This document shows, one piece after another, positions 1 through 9,676 of a stretch of 64,000 nucleotides of DNA. The stretch covers positions 174,105-238,104 of the forward strand of contig CAWACX010000001.1 in assembly GCA_963780755.1 (NCBI GenBank), written 5' to 3'. The DNA comes from an uncultured Acidobacteriota bacterium (lineage in GTDB: Bacteria > Actinomycetota > Acidimicrobiia > Spongiisociales > ZC4RG35). Numbering within the stretch: position 1 is the stretch's first letter; the number at the start of each line of letters is the position of its first letter. Below the pieces are notes generated by a model, which was given only the letters and a program-made list of their open reading frames with translations, was not told where the DNA came from and searched no databases. The translations under genes and the position numbers were made by a program.

Positions 1-26
1 GTGATCAGGGCGGCGCGCTCGCTCAT
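1..26 (-). CDS. 5' end of a gene running off the window, possibly an SDR oxidoreductase
   Basis: Reverse strand reads ATG AGC GAG CGC GCC GCC CTG ATC AC (MSERAALIT), like the start of an SDR Rossmann fold. Its ATG overlaps the upstream stop (ATGA). Only 9 codons are visible. Confidence 0.4.
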
Positions 27-115
27 GTGAGGGCCACGAAGAACCAAATTGCTGCCGCACCGACGACCACGAACGCGAGGACGGCGGTGGCGATCAGGAG
101 CCAGCGGGTGGGCAT
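23..115 (-). CDS. 30-aa single-pass membrane peptide
   Basis: Manual translation MPTRWLLIATAVLAFVVVGAAAIWFFVALT*. It is almost entirely hydrophobic and its TGA overlaps the next ATG. Below the ORF-track cutoff. Confidence 0.55.
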   Translation of the reverse strand: MPTRWLLIATAVLAFVVVGAAAIWFFVALT

Positions 116-180
116 GAGGTGTGGGGGAGCGTAACCCCGGGCACAACTAGGCTCGATGCCGCAGGCCCACCGAAAGGCAA

Positions 181-1551
181 GTGTTGTACGACATCGTCAT
201 CGTTGGTGGAGGCCCCGGTGGTTACGCCTCCGCCCTCTACGCCCACAACTTCGGGCTGTCGGTTGCGATGGTGGAACGGGAGCGTCCGGGTGGCACTTGT
301 TTGCTCCGGGGCTGCATACCTGCCAAGCAGTGGCTGCACATCGCGGACGTGTTCACCACTGTCGCCCACTCCGCCGAGTTCGGGGTCCTCACCGAGCAAC
401 CCACACTGGACTGGAAGGCGGCGCTGGCGCGCAAGAACCAGACCGTCGAGGGCGTGGTGCGTGGCCTCGGTGGGCTGCTCAAGCAGAAGGGTGTCGATGT
501 CATCACCGGAGTCGGCAAGCTGGCCGGCCCGGGGAAAGTCGAAGTCACCACCGATTCCGGTACCAAAGCCCTCGAGTCCCGCGCTGTCATCCTCGCCACC
601 GGCTCCTACGCGAGGACCATTCCGGGATACGAGATCGACGGGACCCGAATCGTCACCTCGGATCACGCCCTCGACTGGGCCGAGCGCCCCGATCGGGTGG
701 CCATCATCGGGGGAGGCGTCATCGGCTGTGAGTTCGCCTCATTCCTCGTCGACCTGGGAGCCGAGGTCCACGTGTTCGAGGTCATGGACCAGATCCTCCC
801 CGGCTCGGACCCCGAGGCGGCCCGCCACTTGCAGCGCCAACTCCAGAAACGGGGAGTGAAGTTTCACATCGGGGTCGCGGTGAAGGAGCCGTCCTTGGGC
901 CAGTCGATAACAGTTCCCTTCGGCGAGGAGTCGGTCGAGGTCGATGTCGTGTTGGTCTCCGTCGGACGTGGCCCCAACACCGATGGGGTCGGCCTGGAGT
1001 CGACCAGCGCCACGCTCGACAAGGGCTTCGTAGAGGTGGACCTGACGACGATGCTGACCAAGCAGGAAGGTCTCTATGCGGTCGGTGACATCGTGGCCGG
1101 CACTCCGCAGCTTGCCCATGTCGGCTTCGCCGAGGGCATCGCCGCCGTCACGCATGTCGCTACGGGGCGGGCACAGCCGGTGAACTACCAGGCGATCCCG
1201 AGGGTCACGTACACCCATCCCGAGGTAGCTGAAGTCGGCATCAACGAAGAGCAAGGCGCCGAACAGGGCCTGGAGGTGGTGGCGGCCAAGCATGCCTTCA
1301 ATGGCGTGGGGCGGGCCGTCATCATCGGGCAAAACCAGGGTTTCGCCAAGGTGGTCTCGATCAAGGGAGGCCCGATTGTCGGAGCCACGGTGATCGGGCC
1401 CCAGGCCGGGGAGTTGATCCACGAGTTGATGTTTGCCGTCGGCTGGGAGGCACTTCCGGAAGAAGCAGCGGCTTTCATCCATTCCCATCCCACACTGTCC
1501 GAAACGGTCGGCGAGGCCTTGATGGCCGCCGCCGGCCGCAGCTTGCATTGA
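181..1551 (+). CDS. lpdA: Dihydrolipoamide dehydrogenase (E3)
   Basis: GGGPGG FAD motif, redox disulfide GGTCLLRGCIPAK, NAD motif GGGVIG, C-terminal HSHPTLSE. Directly upstream of E2. Confidence 0.95.
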   Translation: MLYDIVIVGGGPGGYASALYAHNFGLSVAMVERERPGGTCLLRGCIPAKQWLHIADVFTTVAHSAEFGVLTEQPTLDWKAALARKNQTVEGVVRGLGGLLKQKGVDVITGVGKLAGPGKVEVTTDSGTKALESRAVILATGSYARTIPGYEIDGTRIVTSDHALDWAERPDRVAIIGGGVIGCEFASFLVDLGAEVHVFEVMDQILPGSDPEAARHLQRQLQKRGVKFHIGVAVKEPSLGQSITVPFGEESVEVDVVLVSVGRGPNTDGVGLESTSATLDKGFVEVDLTTMLTKQEGLYAVGDIVAGTPQLAHVGFAEGIAAVTHVATGRAQPVNYQAIPRVTYTHPEVAEVGINEEQGAEQGLEVVAAKHAFNGVGRAVIIGQNQGFAKVVSIKGGPIVGATVIGPQAGELIHELMFAVGWEALPEEAAAFIHSHPTLSETVGEALMAAAGRSLH

Positions 1552-1563
1552 GAGGAGCCTGAC

Positions 1564-3012
1564 TTGCCGACAACCGTGACGATGCCCCAACTCGGGGAGA
1601 CCGTTACCGAGGGCACGATCCTGCGCTGGGCGAAGCAGGTGGGTGACACCATCGCCGAGGACGAGGTACTGGTAGAGATCTCGACCGACAAGGTGGACAC
1701 CGAGGTCCCCTCACCGGCAGCCGGCACCGTGCTCGAGATCCTGGTCGGCGAAGGCGACACAGTTGGAGTGGGCACCGCACTGGCGGTCATCGGCGAGGCC
1801 GGCGAACAGCCCGAACCGGCCTCGGCGCCCGAGCCGTCGGCGCCGGTCGAAGCACCCGCTCCCGAGGCCGAGCAGCCCGAGGCACCGGCCCCCGAAGAGG
1901 CTGTGGAACCGGTGGCGGCGGCACCGGCAGAAGAGGCACCGGCGGCACAGGCACCTGCCGCAGAGGAGGGTGGGCAAAAAGAGCCCACCGCCGAGGAAGT
2001 CGACGCCTTCTTTGCCGAGCCCGACGAGACCGAGCGCCAGCCCAACCTGCTGTCACCAGTGGTGCGCAAGCTGATCAGGGAGAATGAGATCGACGTCGCC
2101 AAGCTGAGCGGCACCGGCCAGGGAGGGCGGATCACCCGCAGGGACGTCGAGGCTTACCTGGCGAGCGGCAGTGCGCCGGCCGCCGCTCCAGCGGAGGCTC
2201 CGGCTGCTGCGATCGAAGAAGCGGCGGCACAATCCGAGGCTCCTCAGGAGCCGGCGGCGACTCCTGTACCGGCACAGGTTGCCGATGAAGTCGGAGCGGA
2301 TGTGGTCGGCCTGGACCGGATCCGGCTCCGGATCGCCGAGAACATGATCCTTTCCAAGCAGACCGCTGCCCACGTCTGGACTTCGGTGGAGGTCGACTAC
2401 GAGCGGGTGGAGAGGGTCCGGCAGGCGAACCGGGACCGGTTCAAGAAGGACGAGGGCTTCTCACTCACCTACCTACCTTTCATCTCGAGAGCCACCATCG
2501 ATGCCCTCAAGGCGTACCCGGTGGTCAACAGCTCCTTCGACCTGGAAGCGAAGACGGCCACTTTCCACAAGAAGGTGGATCTCGGGATCGCTATCGACCT
2601 CGATCAAGGGGGGTTGATAGTCGCCCGGGTGCGCAATGCCGATGGGTTGCGGCTCGTGGGCCTGGCCCGGGAGATCCGCGACCTGGCCGACCGAGGGCGT
2701 GCCGGCAAGCTGGGTCTCGACGACCTGACCGGGTCGACATTCACCATCACCAACCCCGGGCCGTTCGGCTCTTTCATGTCGGCGGCGATCATCAACATCC
2801 CCAATGTCGCCATCCTCTCCACCGACACGGTGACCAAGCGGCCGACTGTGATCACGACACCCGACGGCCAGGACATGATCGCGATCCGTCACATCGGCTA
2901 TCTGGGCCTGACCTGGGACCATCGGGCGTTCGACGGGTCCACGGCAGTGCTCTTCCTGCAGCGCATAAAGCAGAACCTGGAGAGTTGGGACTGGGAACAG
3001 GAGCTGGCTTGA
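1564..3012 (+). CDS. dlaT: Dihydrolipoamide acyltransferase (E2), DlaT/SucB-like
   Basis: One lipoyl domain (STDKVDTEVPSP), Ala/Pro/Glu linker, E3-binding domain (LSPVVRKL...GGRITRRDV), catalytic TWDHRAFDG. Confidence 0.92.
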   Translation: MPTTVTMPQLGETVTEGTILRWAKQVGDTIAEDEVLVEISTDKVDTEVPSPAAGTVLEILVGEGDTVGVGTALAVIGEAGEQPEPASAPEPSAPVEAPAPEAEQPEAPAPEEAVEPVAAAPAEEAPAAQAPAAEEGGQKEPTAEEVDAFFAEPDETERQPNLLSPVVRKLIRENEIDVAKLSGTGQGGRITRRDVEAYLASGSAPAAAPAEAPAAAIEEAAAQSEAPQEPAATPVPAQVADEVGADVVGLDRIRLRIAENMILSKQTAAHVWTSVEVDYERVERVRQANRDRFKKDEGFSLTYLPFISRATIDALKAYPVVNSSFDLEAKTATFHKKVDLGIAIDLDQGGLIVARVRNADGLRLVGLAREIRDLADRGRAGKLGLDDLTGSTFTITNPGPFGSFMSAAIINIPNVAILSTDTVTKRPTVITTPDGQDMIAIRHIGYLGLTWDHRAFDGSTAVLFLQRIKQNLESWDWEQELA

Positions 3013-4697
3013 CGGGGGAGGCGGACAGCGCGACCCACCGGCTGCTCCGGACCCGGTGGTTGGGCAGGCTCCCCTACGCCGAAGCCTGGGACCTGCAACG
3101 GGCGTTCCACGAGGGCAAGGCCCTGGGCCGCACCGGTGACGACTATCTCCTGTTGATGGAGCACCCGCCGGTGTTCACCATCGGGCGCAACGGGTCGGTC
3201 AACAACCTGCTCGCCCCTCAGGCAACGGTCGCCGAAGCCGGGGCGGAGCTCCATCACGTCGACCGCGGCGGGGACATCACCTTCCATGGCCCGGGCCAGT
3301 TGGTCGGCTATCCGATCCTCTCCATCGGGGATCCCAAGCAGGTGGTCCCCTATGTCCGTCGACTGGAGGAGACTCTGATCCGGACCCTCGGCGATCTTGG
3401 GGTCGAGGCGTGGTCGGAGCCCGGCTTGACCGGAGTGTGGACCGCCCTGGGGAAGGTGGCCGCCATCGGGGTCAAGGTGGCGAGGCGGGTGACCATGCAC
3501 GGTTTCGCCCTCAACCTCCATCCCGATATGTCCTTCTTCGAGATGATGAACCCGTGCGGGATCACCGACCGAGCCGTGACCGACCTCACCGAGCTGACCG
3601 GTCGCAAGGTCACCATGGAGGAGGCCGTCGAGACCCTGATCCCCAATTTCGAAGCGGTCTTTGGCTACCCACGGAACGAGGTGCAGTTCGCCGCTTTCAT
3701 CCGCGGCCAGGGGAGGGACGAGGATTTCGAGGTCGACCGCCTCCTGGCTTCGGGCACCTTCAGCGCCGACCGTCGCACGCAGGAGCCGATCATGGTCAAC
3801 GGGCGGCTGCCCGGAGAGCCGCCCCGACCGGAGTGGATGAAGGTCACCGCCCGGCTCGATGGTGACTATCTCGAGCTGAAGAAGCTGATGCGGGGCCTGG
3901 AGTTGAACACCGTCTGCGAAGAGGCCAACTGCCCGAACATCTATGAGTGTTGGGGGATGGGTACGGCGACCTTGATGATCCTCGGTGACAAATGCACCCG
4001 GGCCTGCTCGTTCTGCAATGTGACCACCGGTAAGCCAACGGAGCTCGATGTCTTCGAGCCGTTCCGCGCTGCGGAGGCCATCGCCAAAATGGGTCTCAAG
4101 CACGCGGTGATCACCTCGGTCAACCGCGACGACCTCGACGACGGGGGCTCGGAGATCTTCGCCAGGACCATCAGCGAGACCCGGCGCCGGTCGCCGGCGA
4201 CCGAGATCGAGGTGCTGATCCCGGACTTCAAGGGGGATCGGGAGTCGCTGCAGACCGTGATGGACGCCAGACCCGAAGTCTTGAACCACAACACCGAGAC
4301 GGTGCTCCGCCTGCAGCGTGACATCAGGACCTCCGCCAACTACGGGCGGTCGCTGGCGCTGTTGTGGCGGGCCCGGCAGATGGCGGATGGGGGACTGACC
4401 AAGTCCGGCCTGATCGTGGGCATGGGCGAGACCCGGGAAGAGGTGCTCGGAGCGTTGGCCGACATGAGGGCGGTGGGCATCGACATCATCACCATTGGCC
4501 AGTACCTGCGGCCGACAGCGCGACACCGGCCGATTCATCGCTATGTGCACCCGGACGAGTTCGCCGAGTACAAGTCGCATGGGGAGGGTTTGGGGATCCC
4601 CCATGTCGAGTCCGGGCCGCTGGTCCGCTCCAGTTACCACGCCAAAGAGAGCCGTGAAGCCGTTCCGGTGAAGATCGGCACTCGTTCGAGCATCTGA
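3009..4697 (+). CDS. lipA: LipB-LipA fusion: octanoyltransferase plus lipoyl synthase
   Basis: N-half has LipB motifs (EHPPVFTIG, DRGGDITFHGPGQLVGYP, KVAAIG, HGFALN, NPCG). C-half has LipA motifs (CEEANCPNIYEC, CTRACSFC, RSSY). One uninterrupted frame; probable TTG start at 3009 overlaps the E2 stop. Confidence 0.92.
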   Translation: MTGEADSATHRLLRTRWLGRLPYAEAWDLQRAFHEGKALGRTGDDYLLLMEHPPVFTIGRNGSVNNLLAPQATVAEAGAELHHVDRGGDITFHGPGQLVGYPILSIGDPKQVVPYVRRLEETLIRTLGDLGVEAWSEPGLTGVWTALGKVAAIGVKVARRVTMHGFALNLHPDMSFFEMMNPCGITDRAVTDLTELTGRKVTMEEAVETLIPNFEAVFGYPRNEVQFAAFIRGQGRDEDFEVDRLLASGTFSADRRTQEPIMVNGRLPGEPPRPEWMKVTARLDGDYLELKKLMRGLELNTVCEEANCPNIYECWGMGTATLMILGDKCTRACSFCNVTTGKPTELDVFEPFRAAEAIAKMGLKHAVITSVNRDDLDDGGSEIFARTISETRRRSPATEIEVLIPDFKGDRESLQTVMDARPEVLNHNTETVLRLQRDIRTSANYGRSLALLWRARQMADGGLTKSGLIVGMGETREEVLGALADMRAVGIDIITIGQYLRPTARHRPIHRYVHPDEFAEYKSHGEGLGIPHVESGPLVRSSYHAKESREAVPVKIGTRSSI

Positions 4698-4914
4698 TGA
4701 CCGGGCCGCTCCGGCCCAGCTGCTGGGCGGTCGTATGCGATCCCAAATCGAGCCACGCTTTCTGTCTCTACGGCCCGACGAGTGGGGCTTTTCGATCCGG
4801 CTCGCGAACGCCAGAGTGGACGAGGAATCCGAGGATTGCTGTGAGGCGTGGCGGAGAGGCAATCAAGAGACTCTCGATCCGGAAGCGGTGGTCGACTTCT
4901 ACCTATCGGTGGCC

Positions 4915-6322
4915 CTAGTCCCGCTCCTCCGACGGGATGGGAGGCGGATCACCCGGCGGCGGCCAGGAAGGCGGTGGCTCGATCGAAGCCGGAGACAACG
5001 GCGTGAGGCGGTCGGCGACCCTGAGGAAGAAGCTGGCGGCCTCTTCGCGGCTGAGAGTGCGATTGCGGGCAGAAACGCCCGCCGCCACAACCTTCCGTCA
5101 ACCCGGCATCCGCAAACGTGTTGATGGCCGACTCCGCCCAATGCCCGCTGTCGTCGTTGAAAGCATTCCCACCAGAGGCTGGGAGCTTCAGGGCGCGCAC
5201 GGTCATCGTGGCGAACTCGGCGCGGGTCAGCATCCGATCAGGGCAGAAGGAGCCGGGATGACACCCGGTAGTGATCCCGGCGGCTGCCACCTTGTTGATC
5301 GCGCCCTCGAACAGGTGCCCGTTGTCGTCGGAAAAGAAGTCCCTGGGTGCAGGTGGGAGCGCGAGGACTCTGGCGAAGAGGGCGGCTACCTCCCCCCTGG
5401 TCATCAAGCGCTGAGGGCACGCGAGCCGGTAGCCGCATCCGTAGAGGAGCCCCCGGGCGTGGAGCTCGGTGAGCGCCTTCTTGTGAAGGCTGGCGTTGTC
5501 ATCGGTGAAGGGATCGAGGCATCCCACCCGCCCTTCCGTCGACACCACCACTTGGTCCATCGACATGGTGAGGTTGTTCGGTGTCGGCCAATCACCTCCG
5601 AAGTAGACGTTGAGCCACATCTCCCGGATCCCGACGCTGGATTCGGCCGCGCGACGAAACTGAATCCCGGTTCGCGTGAAGCGCTTCGTCCCGTCGAGCC
5701 ATCCTTCGACAACGCCATTGGCCTGACCGGGAGTGTTCAGTTTCACATGGCCCTCGATACATTGCCACCGCCCCTGCTTGAGGCTGGCCCCTGGCCAGTA
5801 CAGGCCCTCTCCACACTCTCCGGGCTGGTCGACGTGATAGAGGTAGATGCCGATGGGAACCGCTCCCGCCGGGGCCCCCTGGGTTCCTGCGGCGCCAAAG
5901 AGGCCTCGCGCCGACCATCCCGGGGAGCTCGGAGTCGACGGAATGCAGCCCCTCGCGCTCGCTGAATACAGGCCAGACAGGCCGGGAAGCTTCCCCGAAC
6001 CGGCAGAGTTCCAGTCGCGCAGCCTGATGTGATAGCGGTACCAGGCCTCGTCTGGAGAGGGCAGCGGCACTCTGTCGAAGGGGCCGAAACCGCGGAAGCC
6101 GCCGGTGGGGATGGTGACGTCCAGGCCGTAGCCGGCGAATCCGGTGCTCACCCGCTTGCCTCTTTGGACGTCGAGTGAGCGGTAGTCGACGAGCCCTTCC
6201 GCCCAGTCCTCGGTCTCGAAATCTCGAACGGCGACCGGCTCGGCGGAGGCGGGGAGCCCGACACCGGCCCCGACCATCAGGGCGGTCAGGACGAGGACGA
6301 TTCCAGATCGGATTGCCGTCAC
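4915..6322 (-). CDS. Secreted polysaccharide lyase (PL14-like) with three C-terminal SLH-like modules; frameshift near the 3' end
   Basis: Signal peptide (MTAIRSGIVLVLTALMVGAGVGLPASA), YHIRL...GKLPGLSG...GWSARGLF and GKWQ-like GRWQCIEGHVKLNTPG motifs, then SLH modules (LMTRGEVAALFARVL, MLTRAEFATMTVRAL, TLSREEAASFFLRV after the shift). Stop TAG reconstructed at 4915-4917. Confidence 0.75.
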
Positions 6323-6408
6323 CCGATGAAACCGTAGTTGCAGAACCGGGCTACGCGGTCACGAGCCGTCGTCTGGGTAACGTTGTGTGGCTTTGCTGGA
6401 AACCCAAG

Positions 6409-7514
6409 TGCCATCACGGCCAGGACGCCGATTCGATCACGCCGGCCGGATCGGCAGGCTTCGGCAATTGATGTCTGAGACCTCGACCGACGTCGTGATG
6501 CTCTCGGTCGGATCGGATCTGCCCTACTTCACCGGCTATGAGGCGATGGCGTCGGAACGCCTCACGATGCTCGTCGTGCGCCAGTCCGGTGACCCGATGC
6601 TGCTCGTGCCCCAACTAGAGGCGCCACGAGTCGGGCCCGGCCCGTACGAGATGGTGGCTTGGGGCTGATACCGAGGATCCGATCGGGATCGTGGCCCGGT
6701 CGGTCGGCAAGCCCACCCGGGTAGCGATCGGCGATCAGACCTGGTCGACGTTCATGGTCGGGCTGCAGCGAGAGCTTCCGGGTGTGAGCTGGCAGCTGGC
6801 GTCGGACCTGACCAAGCAGCTCCGAGCACGAAAGGATCCCGACGAGGTGGCAACCCTGCGATCCGCTGCAGAGGCCGTCGACCGGGTCCTGGCCAGGATC
6901 AGGTCAGAGGTACGGTTCGCCGGTCGATCGGAGAGGCAGGTTGCCCGTGACATTGCGCTGCTCACCGTCGAGGAGGGTCACGACGTGGCCTCCTTCACGA
7001 TCATCGGCTCCGGTCCCAACTCGGCCTCCCCGCACCATGAGCCCGGGCTACGGGTGATCAACGACGGTGATCTGGTGGTCTGTGACTTCGGCGGCCGGAT
7101 CGGTGGCTATTTCTCGGATGTGACCCGAACCTTCTCGGTTGGGGAGCCTGGCCCCGAGGAACTCGAGGTGCATGCCCTGGTCGAGGAGGCGAACCGCGTA
7201 GGCAGATCGGTGGTCGGGCCCGGCGTCGCCTGCCAGGAGGTCGATCGCTGGGCGCGTCGGTCATCGCCGGCGCCGGTTACGGCCGGTACTTCATCCATCG
7301 CACCGGCCACGGCATCGGTCTCGAGGTCCATGAGCACCCCTACATGGTCGAGGGCAACAGTCAGGTTCTCCAGCCGGGGATGGCTTTCTCGGTGGAGCCC
7401 GGCATCTATCTTCCGGGGCGATTCGGGGTGCGAATCGAGGACATCGTGGTCTGTACGGAGAACGGGGTGGATTCACTCAACAAAGCCGAGAGATCCCTCG
7501 TCGTAGTCAGCTAG
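6409..7514 (+). CDS. Xaa-Pro aminopeptidase (M24B), frameshifted at about 6665 and 7260
   Basis: Creatinase-like N-domain ([19 protein letters not shown]), then SASPHH, DFGG...SDVTRT and, after the shift, [24 protein letters not shown]. Confidence 0.88.
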
Positions 7515-8518
7515 TCAGCGCGGACCGTCGCCGTGGTGCGCTGAATCAATGCTCCATTCCATCGCCACTCTCCGACGAGTGTGTGGTTGCCCGGGGAGAA
7601 CACCAATGTCGTGTTCCAGCGTCGCAATGCCTGTGTCGACGATGTTGCGATCGCAAGCCCGGTGATCGACACCGGGTCTCCGTCGAGGATCAGGGTGAAA
7701 GTTGTATTCGAGGCGGTGAACTGAGCCTGCTCGCCTGCTTTGTAAGGCAGGACCTGGAAGAAGCCCTTCTTGAACCAGATGGGTCCGCCCGCTGAATGTC
7801 TCGATCAGCACCGAGCATGTGATTCCACCCTTGCCACAGCTGATCGGGGACCAATTGGCGAGAGGAAGCCGCTGTGGGTTGTGCGGGAGGTTCAGAGCAC
7901 GGGTCAGAAGCGTGGCGGTCTCACCACGGGTCAGTACCCGGTTGGGGCAAAAGCGATTGTTGGTGGGAGGGTTGCAGCCCACAGTGATCCCGGCAGCAGC
8001 GATCCGGTTGATCGGCCCTTCGAGCACGTGGCCGTTGTCATCGATGAAGAAGTCCTGATTGGTGTTCGGCAGGTCGAGGGCGCGGGTGATGAAGGTGGCG
8101 AACTCCGCCCTGGTGAGGTTGCGGTCGGGACAGAAACCGGTTGTTGGTCGGAGGGATTGCACCCAACGGTGAGCCCGGCGCCGCACCTTCGGTTGATCCC
8201 ACCCTCGAGAATGTGCCCGTTGTCGTCGACAAAGAAGTCCGGCTGGTGTTTGGGAGCTTGAGGGCACGAGTGAGGAATGTCGCCGCTTCGGCCCTGGTCA
8301 CGCTGTCGTTGGGGCAGAAGCGGTTGTTGGACGGCGGGTTGCATCCGGACGTGATATCGGCGAGGGCCATCGCCTCGATCCCGTTCTCGTGCGGGCTCCC
8401 GTTGTCGTCGACGAACGTTCCCTGGAGCACAACCGCGTCAGCCTGATCCGGCCAGAGCACTACAACCGTGCCCACCAGCACCGCCCCGGCGACACCGATG
8501 GTCAAGCCAGCGTCTCAT
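7515..8518 (-). CDS. Secreted protein with three SLH-like modules and an unknown C-terminal domain; frameshifted
   Basis: N-terminal signal/TM (TIGVAGAVLVGTVVVLWPDQADA), repeats GCNPPSNNRFCPNDSVTRAEAATFL, NLTRAEFATFITRAL, VLTRGETATLLTRAL. ATG at 8516-8518 overlaps the upstream TGA. Confidence 0.8.
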
Positions 8519-8977
8519 CAGTCGATCTGAAGCGTGTCCAGAACCTCGATTGACCCGGGGCAGCAAGTCGGCGCGGTCGATGTGGGAGCCGAGCACCACA
8601 TAGAGGCAGAAGGCCCGGCCGCGGTGAGTGAAGAACTGCTGTACTGCGCTCTGCTCGGGCAAGGCCTGTTGCAGGGCATCTCCGTCGAACTGGCGAGCCT
8701 GGAGGCCGGTGGGGATGCCTTGAGCAGCGAATAGGGGGGTGTCTGCGCTTTCAGGGCCGTATTCGAACAACGATATGAATATGTCCTGGTTGTTCATCAA
8801 CTCGACAGCGCCGGTTCCGAACGAGCCACGGAAGGGCGGGAGGGGAAAGGTCGAGAGATGCATGACGGTCGGCTCTACCGCTCCATCCGCCATCAGCTCG
8901 AATCCGCCACCGCTGATGGTTCCCTCCCATGCAACGGGAAGCTCCACGGCGACGCCTGATCGCTCGAGCCGGCTCAT
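8518..8977 (-). CDS. Hypothetical protein in the Mau-like operon
   Basis: MSRLERSGVAVELPVAWEG...QFFTHRGRAFCLYVVLGS; protein-like composition, coupled at both ends (ATGA and TGATG). A 1-bp shift near 8550 restores ...EVLDTLQID*. Confidence 0.75.
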
Positions 8978-9676
8978 GACTCGTCCTCGAGCGGGTTCTC
9001 GTAGAGGGACGGGTCGCCGGGGAGGACCCCTGCCGCTCGCAGTTGCCCATCTGGCGGGTTTCGCCGATCGTTGGGGGTCAGCCTGATGGCATTGGCGTCG
9101 GCCGTCGACTGGCGAAGGAGGCCGAGCAGGTGTTTCCAGCTGGCGGCGGCGCCCTCACCGATCACCATGCCGGTCCCGTCGACGAGCATGAAATACGGCG
9201 TCATCGGGACTTTGAACGCCTGCCACACCTCATCGGACATGAGCAAGGGGACACGGTGAAGGCGCGAGCTCCCGGACCCGGGATGGCGACTCCGACTCCG
9301 GTCCCTTGGTGACGATCACGGCCCTGGTGTCCGGAGTCGGGGGTTCGAAGTCGCCGCTGAGCTCCTTCCAGAAGGTCTCACAGCTCAGGCATCCGGAAGA
9401 GAGGAAGGCGAGCATGGTCTTTCCTCGCCCCTGTTCCAGGCTGATGGTCTGAGCACCCCCTGCCAATGTGACCCCGTTGAGCGTGGTCGACGGCGCCCGT
9501 TCGAACCCCGTTGTCTTGGGCTGTGTCTGCGCGGAGCCCACGGTGACGGTGCCTTCCTCGCTGACTCCGAGCGCATGGAGCTGGCGCAGGATCTCAGCGT
9601 GGCTCTTGAGGAGGCCGGCGACCAGGATCGCCAGAACAGGATGACCACGGCCCTCGATGACGATCACGGCGGTCAT
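8974..9676 (-). CDS. MauD-like membrane-anchored thioredoxin (CxxC), frameshifted
   Basis: N-terminal TM followed by LLKSHAEILRQLH, then LAFLSSGCLSCETFW and a cis-Pro region (FKVPMTPYFMLVDGTG). Architecture matches MauD-type proteins. Confidence 0.78.

Noticed and set aside
1790-2290. Low-complexity Ala/Pro/Glu repeats
   Set aside because: Normal flexible linkers of E2 acyltransferases.
4772-4793. GCCC-N8-GGGC-TTTT as a terminator after lipA
   Set aside because: The stem is only about 4-5 bp and lies in a possible small ORF; too weak to call.
2898-4862. 654-aa antisense ORF opposite lipB-lipA (also 14073-15338, 29327-30748, 58151-59083, 59620-61044, 60077-62125 and many shorter ones)
   Set aside because: Shadow ORFs typical of high-GC DNA: rich in Arg/Gly/Pro/His/Asp, no motifs, and fully overlapping well-supported genes.
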